DNA of 64,000 nt, from positions 20,708,001-20,772,000 of the forward strand of contig OZ210885.1 of the NCBI GenBank assembly GCA_964658305.1, written 5' to 3'. Numbering within the stretch: position 1 is the first letter of the stretch; each line of letters starts with the position of its first letter. Shown here in pieces: positions 22,919-37,000 of this stretch. The notes under the pieces are model-generated. The model was given only the letters and a program-made list of their open reading frames with translations, was not told the DNA's origin and did no database searches. This DNA comes from Leptogorgia sarmentosa. Taxonomy: Eukaryota. Made by a program: the position numbers and the translations under genes.

Positions 22919-24735
22919 CTCTTTCCTGACTGACCAAAAAACAAAGGTTTTTTGTGGAATATTTTAAAATATCCATTATTTTGTGGCAATTCAACCAATT
23001 TTTCTCATTTATATCTTGTTCCAAGAGGAAGGGGTTCAATTTCCAAGAATTTTGCCATGGCGCAACACACCATTACCATAAATTATGCTAATTTCCGCAT
23101 AGCAATTAGCATAAAATGTTGCAATTTTATTAGAAAAGTGGCAATATCTTTTTTACATTGCAAAATAGGGAAAACATTTATATTACTGAAATGTAGCATA
23201 CATGAATATACAACTGTACAAAAAAATTCATGGAAAAATAATAAAAAGTGCACAAGTTATGACTGTTCATGAGCAATGAGCCAACAGACCTAAAAATGGA
23301 TTATTTGAAAATAATTACGTAAGTACATTTCAAAGAATAACTCACAGTTTAGGTCCATTATTACTTCAATGCTTGTGATAGTCATCCTTGTGCCAAACCT
23401 CAAAACAATTTTTGTTCTTTGTACAATGCATGTAGGCATTGCATTGAGGAGCACTACAGTATGTCACTACTTTCTGTACAGATTTGTCAGCTGCATAACA
23501 AACTTTACAGTTTCTTTTAGTGTCAGAGCATTTTAGTACATGTTCAGTGTGAAATAGCCCTTGTGGTTTCTGATGTACTGGAGGACTTAAAACTGGTGGT
23601 TTGCCATACTCATCAAGGCCAGCTAACTGCCTGACCAGTTCCTCTCGGAAATCCAGGAGTCAGAATCTTTTCGAACGATGCAATTCTTCAATTTCAGGAT
23701 GCTCTGCACGGAACAATTGAAAGAGAATAAAACTGTTGACCACTGAAATGTCTATCATATGGAAAAATAAGACTTTCCACCATCGCAAGCACTTTCTCAG
23801 GGTGTTCTTCTTTGCAAGAAGCTGATCTGATCTATCAACTCCATTCATGTATTTGTTGTATGTAACAATTGCTTTTGGTTGCTTGACTTCAATCTTCTGC
23901 CATTTATCATTCACCTTGACATTTCTCTCTGCCATTACATGATCATTTGCTGTATCAATGGATGTTAACATTGTAACAACTTTATTATCTTTCCATTGCC
24001 GTGCCAAGCAGCAACCATCTCTGTTCCACCCCATGCCCCCTCTTGACTTTGTTAGCCCATTTCTTTCCTCCTTTCATTGACACTGGAAAATTCTTCCTAT
24101 TTTCTTGGCCAGTTCCACATGATGGTGTGAGAAGGGCAAATAGATCTTTGACGAGCTTGACAGATGTATAAAAATTGTCAGATATAAATCGATATCCTTG
24201 TCTAGTGTATCGCTCGATCAACCTCATAACTACATCATACCCTAGTCCATTTTTGCTTTTTTCCTGTGCAGGGTTTTTTCCTACATACACATCAAAATCA
24301 CAAGTATAGCCATTGATGCTGTCTGCAAGTACCCAAAGTTTAATTCCCCATAGTATGTACTGACGAATTCCTGAGTCGTGATTTTACCATTCGCTCATCA
24401 ATGCTTACATTCTGGAAAGGTTGATATAGGTCTTTACATTTAGCAGAAAAGTGATCGATGAACTTCTGCACCTTCTCAACTTATTACCACTATCTTCAGT
24501 ACCAAAATCAGAAACGTGAAGCATTGCCATTAGTGCCTTGAATCTATCACGAGACATCATTGCCCTTGCCCAGAGTCCATGGTATAAAGTTTTTGTGCTC
24601 CAATAATGATGAAATGAGCTTACATTCACCAAACCAAAATAGATAATCAAAGCAATCAATTTCCACAATTCATCCTCTGTTGTTTCTGTCCAAGCACCAT
24701 GCCAATCACCATAGTAAGGCTTCTCAGGTATTTTC
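22919..24735 (-). mobile_element. piggyBac (PGBD4-like) transposon, 3' part, decayed
   Basis: TTAA|CTCTTTCCTGAC terminus; MSRDRFKAL, DNFYTS, WKDNKVV.MLTS, YNKYMNGVDRSDQ, RWWKVLFFHMIDISVVNS; Cys-rich tail RNCKVC...YCSAPQC...HC...CFEVWH at about 23365-23520. Confidence 0.9.
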
Positions 24736-25308
24736 TGTTAGTTTGAAACATCCAATAATTCCAATTTATAGCAATTTAATAGTTAATTAGTTAGTTAATC
24801 CTATAACATCAGTGACGTGCATTATAAGTTAACATGCATGCGAGATAGCGAGATAGAACAAGATCTGATTGCAAGTAGAGAGGACTATTACAGTCACACC
24901 GCTGTTATATTGAAATCGATTCGGGCTAAGCAGCTATATTCAACGACCGTAGAGAGGAGACCAAAGTAAGAACGATTTATTCTTGTATTATATTGTTTTG
25001 TTATTTTGCGTTACTGCTATTTAACGTGTTGAACAGTATCATGAACTGTTGCATGACTTGCATGACTTGTGTAATGTGTATAAATTAACCTTAGGTTTAG
25101 TATAGTTTATTTGTCACCTTTAGTTCGAACTCGCACATCTGATGAACATTGAATCCATATCGAAATAAATATCTATCATTATCACATCTGTGTTATTGAG
25201 CTAAATCAGCGAAGTTCAAAACTCCTCAAGCCTCCCGCGAAACGCTAAGTCAACCCCCTGTAGGTCCAAGAAGCGAAATCGGGGAAGCAAGATCACCAAA
25301 GGCCTACA
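24736..25308 (+). repeat. 5' LTR of the 24736-31864 BEL element
   Basis: TG...CA; about 8 substitutions versus 31292-31864 by eye. Confidence 0.95.
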
Positions 25309-25586
25309 TAAGTTCGAATTTGCTCCGTTTATATATGCGAAGTCCCAGTGAACTGTGAATAGTTTCTATTGTACAACTTATCTAACATTGCGTGATCGCG
25401 TGGACGCCACAGGCCAGAGAAAGAATTCGAAAAACGCACTAATCCCCTTAGATCTGACATTCTGACGTTCGTGTTTGACAAAGTCCAAAATACGAGGCTA
25501 ATAACACTTGAAATCGCCTTCCGCGCAGGAAATTAAAATTAATAAAACGAACGAACTAATGGATCTCCCACAAACATCTGTTAGCG

Positions 25587-28500
25587 GTGAAATTACGTAC
25601 GAAAAGGAACACGACACGATTTCAAATCGCCCCTATCAATATACGTCAATTAAAGGGAGACAGAACCAGCGCGAAACGAGCCTTGACCAAAAAACATAAT
25701 GAAATAAAACAATTAATGCTAGATGCGACTAAAGTCAACGCGCCCGAAATCAAGCAAAAAATGCTACATCTCGAAACAGCAATCGATAAATTTGTGAATG
25801 CGCATAAATCATTGCATGAAACTCTAAAGGACGAAGACGACATACACGAATCTAACGACTATTTCTCTACCGAAATGGAGCGTATCGCCGATCTGAAGCC
25901 GAAATTTGAGGAGTGGAATGAACGACTTGCCTATCAGTCGGATTTCGCCGACGTACGACCAGAAGACTCAGCGAGTAATGTCGGACCTGAGAATGTCACA
26001 CAACATTCAAAGGTCAGCTCCAACGTATCGAACGCGTCTTTATCAAGCTCGATATCCCTTTCGAAAGCAAAGGCAACGGCAAAGAGAGCAAGACTTCAAG
26101 CGCAGGCTGCTTCCTTCCGCAAAAAACGAGCCCTGCAAGAAGAGCAATTTCGTCTGGAGAAATTGGCCGAGGAACTCGAATTAGAAACCCAGTTGGCAAT
26201 GGCAACCGCCGAAGAACACGCCTATGTTGAGGCGGAGAAGATAGAAATGGCGTGTGGTCTACCAGAGGGCAGTAATGAACCGGTAATGACTGATTTGCCA
26301 CAGAAGGAGAGTGAAGTGCAAACTCATAGCTGTAGACGGAAAGCCACGGTAAATGAACGCGAAACAGTGGAATCATCACCACCTCAAACCCGCTCCAAAG
26401 AAAATGGGAAAAGAAGCGAGGCCCCAGAAAACCACCAGGATAGGAACGAGAACATCAAAACTACGAAACCCAGCCGAATCGAAGAAGACAATTTGCAATT
26501 TGAGCGTTTTCTACAAACCCGATGCAAACTGCCAATGCCATGATGCTACCAAAACCAGAAGTACCGATCTTCAGTGGCGATCCAATCGACTACCAAACAT
26601 TCGTGAGAGCTTTCGAGAATCTCATCGAAACGAATACGGATAGTGACAGTGCCAGACTCTACTATCTCATCCAGTACACTCGTGGTGATGTGCAAGAGCT
26701 TATGAAAAGTTGTTTATCGATGAAGACTGAGGAAGGCTATGCAGAGGCACGGCGGCTGCTGAAACGAAGATATGGACAGAACTACAAAATCGCCGCATCA
26801 TACGTTGATCGCGTTACCACTGGTCCAACTATAAAACCAGAAGATACCGTTGCCCTTCAACGTTTTTCTACCCTCTTAACGAGCTGTAAGAACACGCTAA
26901 GAGCCATTGGGTATTCAAGCAAGCTCGAAAATCCAGACAGCTTGAGAAAGATAATCAATCGCCTGCCTTATGGTATGCGGAGAACCTGGAGAGACGCGGT
27001 TGACAAGATAACCGAAAGAGAATCACGAGAGATAACTATCGATGACATAGCTGAATTTGTGGAGACAAAGGCACGAGCTTCCTCCCATCCAATTTTTGGA
27101 AATCTGTCGAACGAAACTAAAGAAGATCCAAGGGATCCAGCTCGCGATCGCAATCGGAAACGGGAAGGGAACTCTAGAACAAACTTCGCTATTAATCAAG
27201 ATGAACACCTTCGAGATGAGATCCCAAAGAAATCATTACCTAAATGTCCAGAATGTGACGGCAATCACTGGCTATCTCAATGCGGTCAATTCAAGAAAAT
27301 GTCATTAATCGAAAGATTCAAACTTGTGCGAAGGAAGGGTCTATGTGATAACTGTCTAACGCGAGGCCATCTGGCAAGAAATTGCCCGAAGGAAAGTTTC
27401 TGCAAAGTCCAAGGTTGCAAGGAAAGGCACTCGACGTACCTCCATGAGAATGTCAAGACAAAGGATGAACAACAGCATAAATCAAAACGCGAAACTACAG
27501 AAGATAAAGAGATTGGGAACGAAGCACAAACCGCCTACGTGAGATCAATCAAAGAGTCGAAGGGAACATCAAAACCCGTCTGTGCTGCTGTTGGTTTAGC
27601 TATCGTACCAGTCAAAGTAAGGGCTTTGGACGGCGACACCCTCGTGGAAACTTATGCATTCCTTGATAGTGGCTCCAACACCTCTTTCTGCTCACAAGAC
27701 CTAATGAAAAGGCTGAATATCAAAGGCGAAAGAACCATGCTCTCACTGACGACCATGGAGAAGGCAAACAACAAAACAGAAAGTTCGATCGTGGGTCTAG
27801 AGCTTTCCGATTTGAACGGAAAAAACACTGTTGCTATAAAAACTGTGTTCTCTACACCGAGTTTACCTGTTTCCACCAGAAATCTAGCTACGCGAGAAGA
27901 CATTGACAAATGGACGTATCTATCCGACATTAGAATTGATCGAATCGACGAAGAAATAGGATTATTGATCGGATGTGATGTTCCGGAAGTTCTGGAACCA
28001 ATAGAAATAATAAAAAGCAAGGACGGTGGACCGTACGCAACTAAAACGATTTTCGGTTGGGTAGTGAACGGTCCCTTAGGGAGGAACGCTACCTCAGAAC
28101 GCACCAGAAACTTCGTTCAAGCAACCGATGCCAAGCTAGAAAATCTGTTCGAAGAATTTTGCAACATGGAATTCACTGACACACAGGACTCGAATAGACT
28201 CTCACTATCTAAAGAAGACCAGAGAGCTCTGAACATAATGAATGGTTCAACCAAGTTGACTGAAGGTCATTATGAAGTCGCGTTACCCTGGAGGAAGACC
28301 GCGCCTAGACTACCTAACAACCGGTTAATGGCAGAACGTCGTTTGAAGTTCTTGAAAAAACGTTTAGATAAAGACCCCAAATTGTTGACGAATTAGAACA
28401 ACTATATCGAAGACCTCGTGATGAAAGGCTACGCTAGAAAGGTGCCAGAGAAACAGCTAAATCCCGATAATAGCGACGTAAACGTTGGCAACGTTTGGTA

Positions 28501-31162
28501 TCTACCCCACCACCCAGTGTTCCACCCACAGAAGCCAGACAAGACAAGAGTCGTATTTGATTGCTCGGCAAAATTCAAAGGTACTTCTCTAAACGACAAG
28601 CTTCTACAGGGGCCGGATCTGACGAATACGTTGACGGGCGTCTTGACAAGATTCAGAAAAGGTCCTGTGGCCTTCATGGCCGACATCGAAGCCATGTTCC
28701 ACCAAGTTCGTGTCCCGCTCAAAGATTGTGACATACTACGCTTTTTGTGGTGGCCGAACAGCGATGCATCCTCCAATCCAGAAGAGTACCAGATGATGGT
28801 CCATTATTATTTGGTGCTATCTCATCGCCAAGCTGCGCCAATTATGCCCTGACGAAAACTGCTGATGACAATCGAGAGAAGTTTGATCCGCACGTAATTA
28901 AAACTGTGCCAGAAAGTAAACGAGCAGCAAAGGTGAAGGACCTGGACTTTGGTCAAGTCCACATTGAAAGAGCGCTCGGTGTAAGGTGGAACATCATCTC
29001 CGATGTGTTCGGCTACAAGATAATCATGAAAGATAGACCGGCAACTAGACGAGACATTCTCTCCGTGGTTAGCTCCATCTATGACCCACTAGGATTTGTT
29101 TCACCCTTTGTCCTCGTGGCCAAGGCTATACTGCAAGATCTCTGTCGAAGTAATTTAGGATGGGACGAATTAATTCCCAAAGAAGCCCTAGATCGATGGC
29201 AGAATTGGTTAGCTATGCTCCCCGAACTCGAAAAGGTCTTCGTAGATCGTTGTCTCAAGCCAGCTGATTTTGGCGAAATAACTTCAAGCGAGCTGCATAC
29301 ATTCTCAGATGCTTCGCAGAAAGCCTACGGCGCCGTGACATATATACGAATAGTCAACCAGTGTGGGGACGTCCACTGCTGTTTCCTAATTGGAAAATCT
29401 CGATTGGCGCCGTTAAAAGCTATGACAATCCCAAGATTAGAACTGTCTGCGGCAGTCGTTGCAACAAGGCTCGACAATGGTTAAAGGGACCGGACTTCCT
29501 TTGGAAACATCGCGAACACTGGCCACAACAAGAAGAGATAAAACCCATCCTACCCGAACGCGATCCCGAAGTGAGAAAAAACGCCACTGCAGCTGCAACG
29601 ACATCTACCGACATTCCCATCAACGATACGGAACCCGCCAGCGATATGTCTGCACGTTTCGAAAGATTCTCGTCTTGGAAAAGTCTCAGAAAATCAATTG
29701 TATGGGCGATTTGCTACGTAGAACGACTTCGGGAAATCGCAAATAAACAAAAGAACGGAGAAACGATCGACATTTCAGGACAAATAGCAGAGAACCCGCA
29801 ACTGTTGAAGCTCGACGAATTGAAGAAGGCAGAGAAATTCATACTCACCACCGTACAAGGTCCAACTTCCAAAAGGAACTGACTACGCTAAAAGAGAGAA
29901 CTGGCAACGTGAGAAGAACTAGCACAATAAACAAGCCAAGTCCAGAACTCATCGACGGTTTCTTGTGCGTTGGAGGCAGGCTAACTCATGCACCCCTCGA
30001 AGAAGCCGCAAAGCATCAAATCATTCTACCCAAGCACCACCACGTAGCTACACTGATTGTCAGACACTATCACCAACTGTCTGGGCACTTGGGACTAGAA
30101 TATGTATTGTCCTTGACACGACAGAAGTTTTGGATAGTTAAAGGTCGACTTTTGGTTCGAAAGGTAGTGAACAACTGTTTCGATTGCAAGCGCAGACAAT
30201 CCCCGGTGGTGGAGCAGAAGATGGCCGACCTACCGAAGAGTCGAGTAACCCCCTCAAAGCCACCCTTTACATTTACAGGCGTCGATTGTTTCGGTCCATT
30301 CAATGTTAAACGCGGACGAAGTCTAGCCAAGAGATACGGTGTAATATTCACATGCCTCACAACACGAGCCATACACATTGAGGTGGAATCGTCTCTCGAC
30401 ACGGATTCATTCCTCAACACCTTACGACGATTTGTGGCAAGACGAGGCAACCCAGAAGAAATGAGATCAGATAACGGAGGGAATTTCGTAAGCGGAGAAA
30501 AGGAATTGCGGAAATGCGTCAAAGATTGGAACCAAGACAAAATCCACCAAGACTTGTTACAAGAGAATATCAGGTGGATCTTTAACCCACCAACAGCATC
30601 CCATCATGGCGGGGTCTGGGAAAGATGCATTCGTACGATAAGAAAGGTGATGAAAGCGTTACTTCATGAGCAAACCCTAGACGACGAGAGTCTTCATACT
30701 CTAATGTGTGAAGTTGAAGCAATCATAAATGGACGGCCAATAACGAAAGTCTCTGATGACCCAAGAGACAACGAAGCTCTAACCCCGAACCACCTGCTGC
30801 TATTACGTGCTGGCCCCCTTCTTCCACCCGGGAAATTCGTAAAGGAAGACTCGTATACAAGACGTAGGTGGCGGCAGGTGCAGTATATGGCCGACGTGTT
30901 CTGGCGAAGATGGTTGAAAGAGTATCTTCCAATACTACAGCAACGGCACAAGTGGAATCAACCAAGAAAGAATGTACAAGTTGGTGACATCGTTCTTGTA
31001 CTCCAAGAGAATACACCAAGAAGCTTATGGCCGCTGGCACGAGTGATCGAAGTTCACCATAATCGGAGCGACGGATACGTTCGAAGTGTGAAGCTGAAGA
31101 CTGCTACATCCATGCTGGAAAGACCAATCTGCAAGATCGTCATATTGGAAGAAACACAGTAA
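25587..31162 (+). pseudogene. BEL gag-pol, frameshifted and internally deleted
   Basis: DUF1759 gag (PKPEVPIFSGDP), CCHC knuckles, protease [34 protein letters not shown], RNase H FSDAS...IPRLELSAA, intact integrase ORF 29909-31162 (GVDCFGP, SDNGGNF, GGVWER). The YVDD segment is missing near 28905. Confidence 0.9.
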
Positions 31163-31291
31163 TCAGAAAGGACATGGGATGAGTATAGCATTTGACATTT
31201 ACCTACCTTTTATTTTTGGACATGCATGACGTTATTTCAAACTAGTTTTAATTTGTAAAGGCTCTAGTATACCGCCTTTAAGGGGCCGGAA

Positions 31292-31864
31292 TGTTAGTTT
31301 GAAACATCCAATAATTCCAATTTATAGCAATTTAATAATTAATTAATTAGTTAATCCTATAACATCAGTGACGTGCATTATAAGTTAACATGCATGCGAG
31401 ATAGCAAGATAGAACAAGATCTGATTGCAAGTAGAGAGGACTATTACAGTCACACCGCTGTTATATTGAAATCGATTCGGGCTAAGCAGCTATATTCAAC
31501 GACCGTAGAGAGGAGACCAAAGTAAGAACGATTTATTCTTGTATTATATTGTTTTGTTATTTTGCGTTACTGCTATTTAACGTGTTGAACAGTATCATGA
31601 ACTGTTGCATGACTTGCATGACTTGTGTAATGTGTATAAATTAACCTTAGGTTTAGTATAGTTTATTTGCCACCTTTAGTTCGAACTTGCACATCTGATG
31701 AACATTGAATCCATATCGAAATAAATATCTATCATTATCACATCTGTGTTATTGAGCTAAATCAGCGAAGTTCGAAACTCCTCAAGCCTCCCGCGAAACG
31801 CTAAGTCAACCCCCCGTAGGTCCAAGAAGCGAAATCGGGGAAGCAAGATCAGCAAAGGCCTACA
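31292..31864 (+). repeat. 3' LTR of the 24736-31864 BEL element
   Basis: Direct repeat of 24736-25308. Confidence 0.95.
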
Positions 31865-32060
31865 TTTTCAGCCATGCATATGAATTTGTATGCTGGCAAA
31901 TTTCACTCAAGAGCTGCTGGGTGAAAAGTAGCTGAAAGACGTCAATGGCTTTTGTCATGTGACCACGTAATACTTGAGAATTAAGGTGCACACCAGGTGG
32001 TCGTGATGGCTGGAAATCTGGAAGCTGATTACCTTCATCATCATCAAACATTAGAAAGAC
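31865..32060 (-). mobile_element. piggyBac transposase, upstream part
   Basis: PDFQPSRPPGVHL...FQLLFTQQLLSEICQHTNSYAWLK joins across the BEL TSD to IPEKPYYGDWHGAWTETTEDELWKLIALIIYFG. Confidence 0.85.
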
Positions 32061-32191
32061 TTTCAAAATACATTTTGATTCCAAATGAAAGCGATAAAAA
32101 GTTTATTTTATTTTAAATATGTTTATTTTTAAAATCTGTGAATACAGTAGAACTTTGCTGCTTCAATTTGGCATACCCTAAATAGCCTAGG

Positions 32192-32524
32192 CAGGGGCCA
32201 CGGAAGAACCTCAAAAGTTGGGGGGGGGGGGGGGCACAATCAAAAAAGGGCACGGATGAAAAAGGGCACTTTCCTTTGAAAAAAAGAGCACGTTTACCCT
32301 TTGGCCTTTGTCCAAAATTGGGGGGAACTTGCCCCCAATGCCATAAAATACTAACATTAATGATTAATTACATTATTATATCAAGCGCACACTATATGAC
32401 ACAAAAGGCCCTATATAACACAAAAAGGGCACAAATCTAATCGAAAAAAGGTCGCATTTTCTCGTTTTCAAAAAGTGGTGGGGGCACCGTGCCCCAGTGC
32501 CCCCGACCCGTTCCACGGCCCTTG
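32192..32524. mobile_element. hAT-type MITE with 8-bp TSD
   Basis: AGCCTAGG|CAGGGGCCACGGAA ... TTCCACGGCCCTTG|AGCCTAGG; internal AAAAGGGCAC repeats. Confidence 0.9.
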
Positions 32525-33235
32525 AGCCTAGGGATGTTTGGAAGCGAAAAATAGAAGGGAATAAGGAAATATGATTTTGAAAAGTGGAAACACGAAGGAA
32601 TTTCAGCCCATTGAACTAAAATACCTGGAGCGAGAATATTTTCATCCGGCAAGAAATACATGCATGAATGTTTTTGATTCACACAAGGTTTCCTGTTTTG
32701 TTCCAACTGTTTTACGCCCATCATGCTCAAAGGGTGAGCATTTTTATTTTTATATTTCAAAAAAATGACGTGTGAATGTTTTGATGTGTCAAAAAACCTT
32801 TGCTCTTCAATCGACCAAAATATATGTTATGAAACGTTTTAGACAGTCCCAAACCTATTTTGCAATAAGCGCGAGGTATCCTTCTTGATTTTAAACGTTT
32901 TGTTGCACTTTATAGCATTTAAAACATGAATAAATCTACGTTTTTCGAATGGTGTTATTTTATCAACCTCGTTTCAAGAGACAAACAAGCGTCACATCAG
33001 GCCATGCGCTTGTAATATTTCTAGTTGTTCACATACAGATGACAATTTGCAGGACATGGACTTTACGGCTATGATCCATTACAAAACATTACCATTATTA
33101 CAAACAATACATGAATTCGAAGAAAACATGGCCATAAGAAAAACAACATGGCCGTGGCAGTCACGTAGCGGGACACAAAATAATAAAACTGATCTATATG
33201 AAGAACTGATATAGATAAAGAACAGATCTATATAA

Positions 33236-33413
33236 AGAGTGAATTTACGTTTGCCGTGAGTGAATTTACTTTTGCCGCGAGTAAATTTACTTTTGCCGCG
33301 AGTAAATTTACTTTTGCCGTCAGTGAATTTATTTTTGTCATGAATTTAATTTACTTTTGCCGTCAGTGAATTTACTTTCGTCGTGAGCATTTACTTGAGC
33401 ATGGGCCACCGTA
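33236..33413. repeat. Tandem 21-23-bp repeat (GAGTGAATTTACTTTTGCCGT) ending in a probable IS3EU-type terminus
   Basis: About 7 units followed by ATGGGCCACCGTA (reverse complement TACGGTGGCCCAT). Confidence 0.65.
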
Positions 33414-36400
33414 GTTACCTGATAAGGACAATAATGAATAAATACAGCCTATATGTATATATGTAAATATAGCACATATAAAGCAGTGTGATCACTCAAC
33501 GAGTGAGAGAGATATTATAGTTGAGATGGTCAACAACCTTATAAACCGCCATTTTTGTAAGCGAGTTTTTTGACATAAGAGATTAAGTTTTGAGGACTAT
33601 GATATCTTGTGCGGCATGTCCGTAACATAGTTTATAAGATTGGCCTGAATTCGATGAAATTGACGAATTGTTAGTGCCGTATACAGTTGGTGTTATTGTT
33701 GTCAATTATCAATGTTTAGCGGTCAAGTGCATACGAACGAAGACGGTGAGTTTGCTGATCTTGGAGCCGTTGGAGAAGCATTTCAAGTTGGTCAAACCAC
33801 GAATATAGGAGAAGAAAGTTTTGTGGGACACCGAGCGAGAGATATAAGCAATTGGAACGACAAAGCTCAAAGAGAAAGAGCTCAAGATTTGAAGCGTTCA
33901 TGTGCAGGACATTTGTCACGGTTGACAAGGTTGTATAGGGAGATTAATAACCTAACCAGTACTAAAGAGAGTCTGCTGCAACCAGTTATAGAGAAGAGGA
34001 TTGGTCTAGACGGTGCCTTTGAAAGGTTTAAACAAGTACATTGTTTGTATGTTGCGTATTTGACAGATTACGAAGTTATAGAAGATGAGCAATGGATTTA
34101 CGAATCCCGAGTTCGAGAGCACGATGGCATTTTGCAAAATACTGATCAATGGATACAAAGAACTAAATTGAACCTTGAGTCAGAGATAAGAGCAGAGGAT
34201 TCTATTAGTCAAATAAGTTCACACAATCCAAAGCCCCGTGCAAAACTCGTGGATTCACGAGTCGTGCGGGTCCAGAGAGCCACGCAAGTGCTCGAATCGA
34301 TGTGGGTCTTGGAAGCCACACAAATACATGAAGTCATGCGAGTCCTCGAATCGACGCGAGCCCACGAAGCCATGCGAGTATACGTAGCCACACAGGTTCT
34401 GGAAGTCATGCGAGTTTCGAAAGCCACGCGAGTTCGGTAATGAGATTGAACGAAGCGACGGAAAAAAGAGAACTTGCTCGTCTAAAGCTCCAACAGCTTC
34501 ATAAGTTACAAGAGTTGGAGTTAAAGAAGCTTCGAGTGAAAGGCGAAGAAGATACCCTTAAGCTTCAAAATGAGTACAAACAAGCTATCCTCAGTGAACG
34601 GATATGGGGTCAAGAGGAGAAACAAGAATTGCCTAAATTTGTTTCTCGAAAGGATGAATCACCTAAGAGCGGACAACCCCTTCCTTTCATCAAACTTTCG
34701 ATAAGTCAAATTTTCAAGTTAATAGAGACAGTCTTTCTAGTAAACCCTCGTCGTTCTGTCCATCCCGAAGCAACGCCAACGTGGGTGGCCAAGAAATTCT
34801 CAAAAGCGTCGTCGGTATATTGAACGAAGGGTTTAACATGCCAAAGCCAGAGCTACTCACGTTTGATGGCAAGCCTTTGCATTACTTTAGATTCATAAAT
34901 AATTTCGAGACGAACATCGCCAATGAAACTACGAATTCTAGAAAACGCCTGGCATACTTAATCCAGCACTGCAAAGGAGAAGCTAGGGAAGTGATTGAGA
35001 ACTGTAGTATTCTTGATCCAGAAAGAGGATACTTGAAGGCTCGAGAAATTTTGCAACAACAATTTGGAAGACGTCACGTTGTTGCACAGTCACATATCAA
35101 GCAAATAGTCGAGGGGGTGCAAATCAAGTCATTGGATGGTGCCGGCGTACAAAAATTGGCTCGTCAAATGCAAAATTGTGAGTTGACACTATTAAAGATG
35201 GGATGGTCAGATGAACTGAATAACAGCGAAACTCTACTACGAATTGTAGATTGTTTGCCCAGTTTTATGCAGCTTAAGTGGGCGGATAAAGCGGAGTCAA
35301 TCTTAAAATTGGAAAGACGACCTCGATTTTCTGACCTTGCCCGATTTATACAAGACAAAGCCGATGTTACTGCAAATATGTTTGGGAAACATGTGTTAGA
35401 AGCTAGAAAGAAAGCTACTAGAGATCCACCTAAAGGTAGAATAAAGGAGGCATCACGAGCAACTACCTTGACCACAGCAAATAAAGAGGTTTCCAGAGAA
35501 AGCGGAAAGACAGCTACATCACAGTGTTTATTGTGCTCACACGATCATGAACTCAGTAAATCTGATGAATTCAAGAAGAAATCGTACGAAGAGCGAGTTC
35601 AAATCGTTAGATCCAAAAGAATCTGCAACAATTGTTTCAAATCTGGACACTTTGCAAGAGGTTGCTTGGAGAAAATGTTGTGCGAATTACCCGAGTGTCG
35701 AAGAAAACACCACACCCTGTTACATCCACCAAATCCTGGTCCTGAAACGTCTAGCCAGAAGAATCAGGCGGTGCAAGTTGATGTTGGAACGTCAGCTAGT
35801 GTATGCGGTACGACCAGCTCTAAATGTCGCGACGTGTAATATGGTATATGGCAATATGGTAAATGATGCAATATGGTATCTCCCACATCATGCCGTGGTC
35901 CAACCACAGAAGGCCGGTAAAGTGCGGGTCGTTTTTGATTGTCCTGCTAAATTTAAAGGAACTTCCCTGAATGATAAACTCCTTCGTGGCCCCAATTTTA
36001 ATAATAACTTGGTTGGTTCTTCGAAGAACTTGATGAGAATGAATTACGAAGTTGGGAGGATTGGTACTCGGACATTGAAATATTAAACAATATATCCGTT
36101 GCTAGATGCATCAAACCAGCAATTTTGGGTGAGGCGAAGTACCTCCAGTTACATCACTTTTCAGACGCTTCGCAGCACGCTTACAGAGTCGTGTCCTACC
36201 TTCAACTTGAGAACATTTTGGGTCAAATTCACTGTTCGTTTTTGTTCGCCAGGTCACTCCTAGCGCCCTTGAAAACTGTCTCCATTCCTCGACTGGAACT
36301 GTCGGCAGCAGCCTTGGCGGTGAAGTTAAATCGGATGATTCAAGACGAGTTGGATTTGGAAATTGAAAGAACGATATTCTGGTCAGATTCAACTGCAGTT

Positions 36401-36767
36401 CTACAATACATCGCAAACACCACCAAAAGATTTCACACCTTCGCTGCAAATCGTTTGGCTATTGTCCATGGCGGTTCGACTCCCGATCAGTGGAAGTACG
36501 TTGAAACGAATTCAAATCCCGCCGATCATGCGACTCGCGGTCTGAATGCAAAGGAAACGATCAAAGCCGATCTTTGGTTCAAAGGTCCCATGTTTTTATG
36601 GCAACCTGAGGAGAATTGGCCTTCGACGTTTAGAACAGTTCCAGAGATTGCGGACGACGATCCAGAAGTTAAATCTGAAATTCAATGTCATTCGATCGTA
36701 AAACAAGAAGAATTCGTGAACAAAATCATTCATCGCTGTTCATATCTGCAAGAACTGAGGAAGAGTA

Positions 36768-37000
36768 CAGTACTGTGCAAAAGTTATAGGCACCTCGTGA
36801 AAAAGCATTTGACGCCATCTTATTGTAAACTTATACGATTATAAGCTAATTATAACTTATTATAGACCGTGAACGAGAAAAAAGACCGTAAACGAGAAAA
36901 AAAGACTAAATGGCAATTATAACTTATACAATTATAAGTTTACAATAAGATGGCGTCAAATGCTTTTTCACGAGGTGCCTATAACTTTTGCACAGTACTG
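36768..37000. mobile_element. Tc1/mariner MITE with TA TSD inside the second BEL pol
   Basis: TA|CAGTACTGTGCAAAAGTTATAGGCACCTCGTGAAAAAGCATTTGACGCCATCTTATTGTAAACTTATA ... perfect inverse |TA. Confidence 0.92.

Larger units (their letters stand above)
24736..31864 (+). mobile_element. BEL/Pao LTR retrotransposon with 573-bp LTRs and TTTTC TSD
   Basis: TTTTC|TGTTAG...CCTACA|TTTTC; PPT AAGGGGCCGGAA before the 3' LTR; gag-PR-RT-RH-IN order. Confidence 0.95.

Noticed and set aside
26014..31040. Antisense ORFs of 100-156 aa within BEL gag-pol
   Set aside because: Shadow ORFs of the coding strand with no independent motifs.
32900..33235. Second piggyBac terminus
   Set aside because: No GTCAGGAAAGAG-TTAA match found; the 5' end appears lost.
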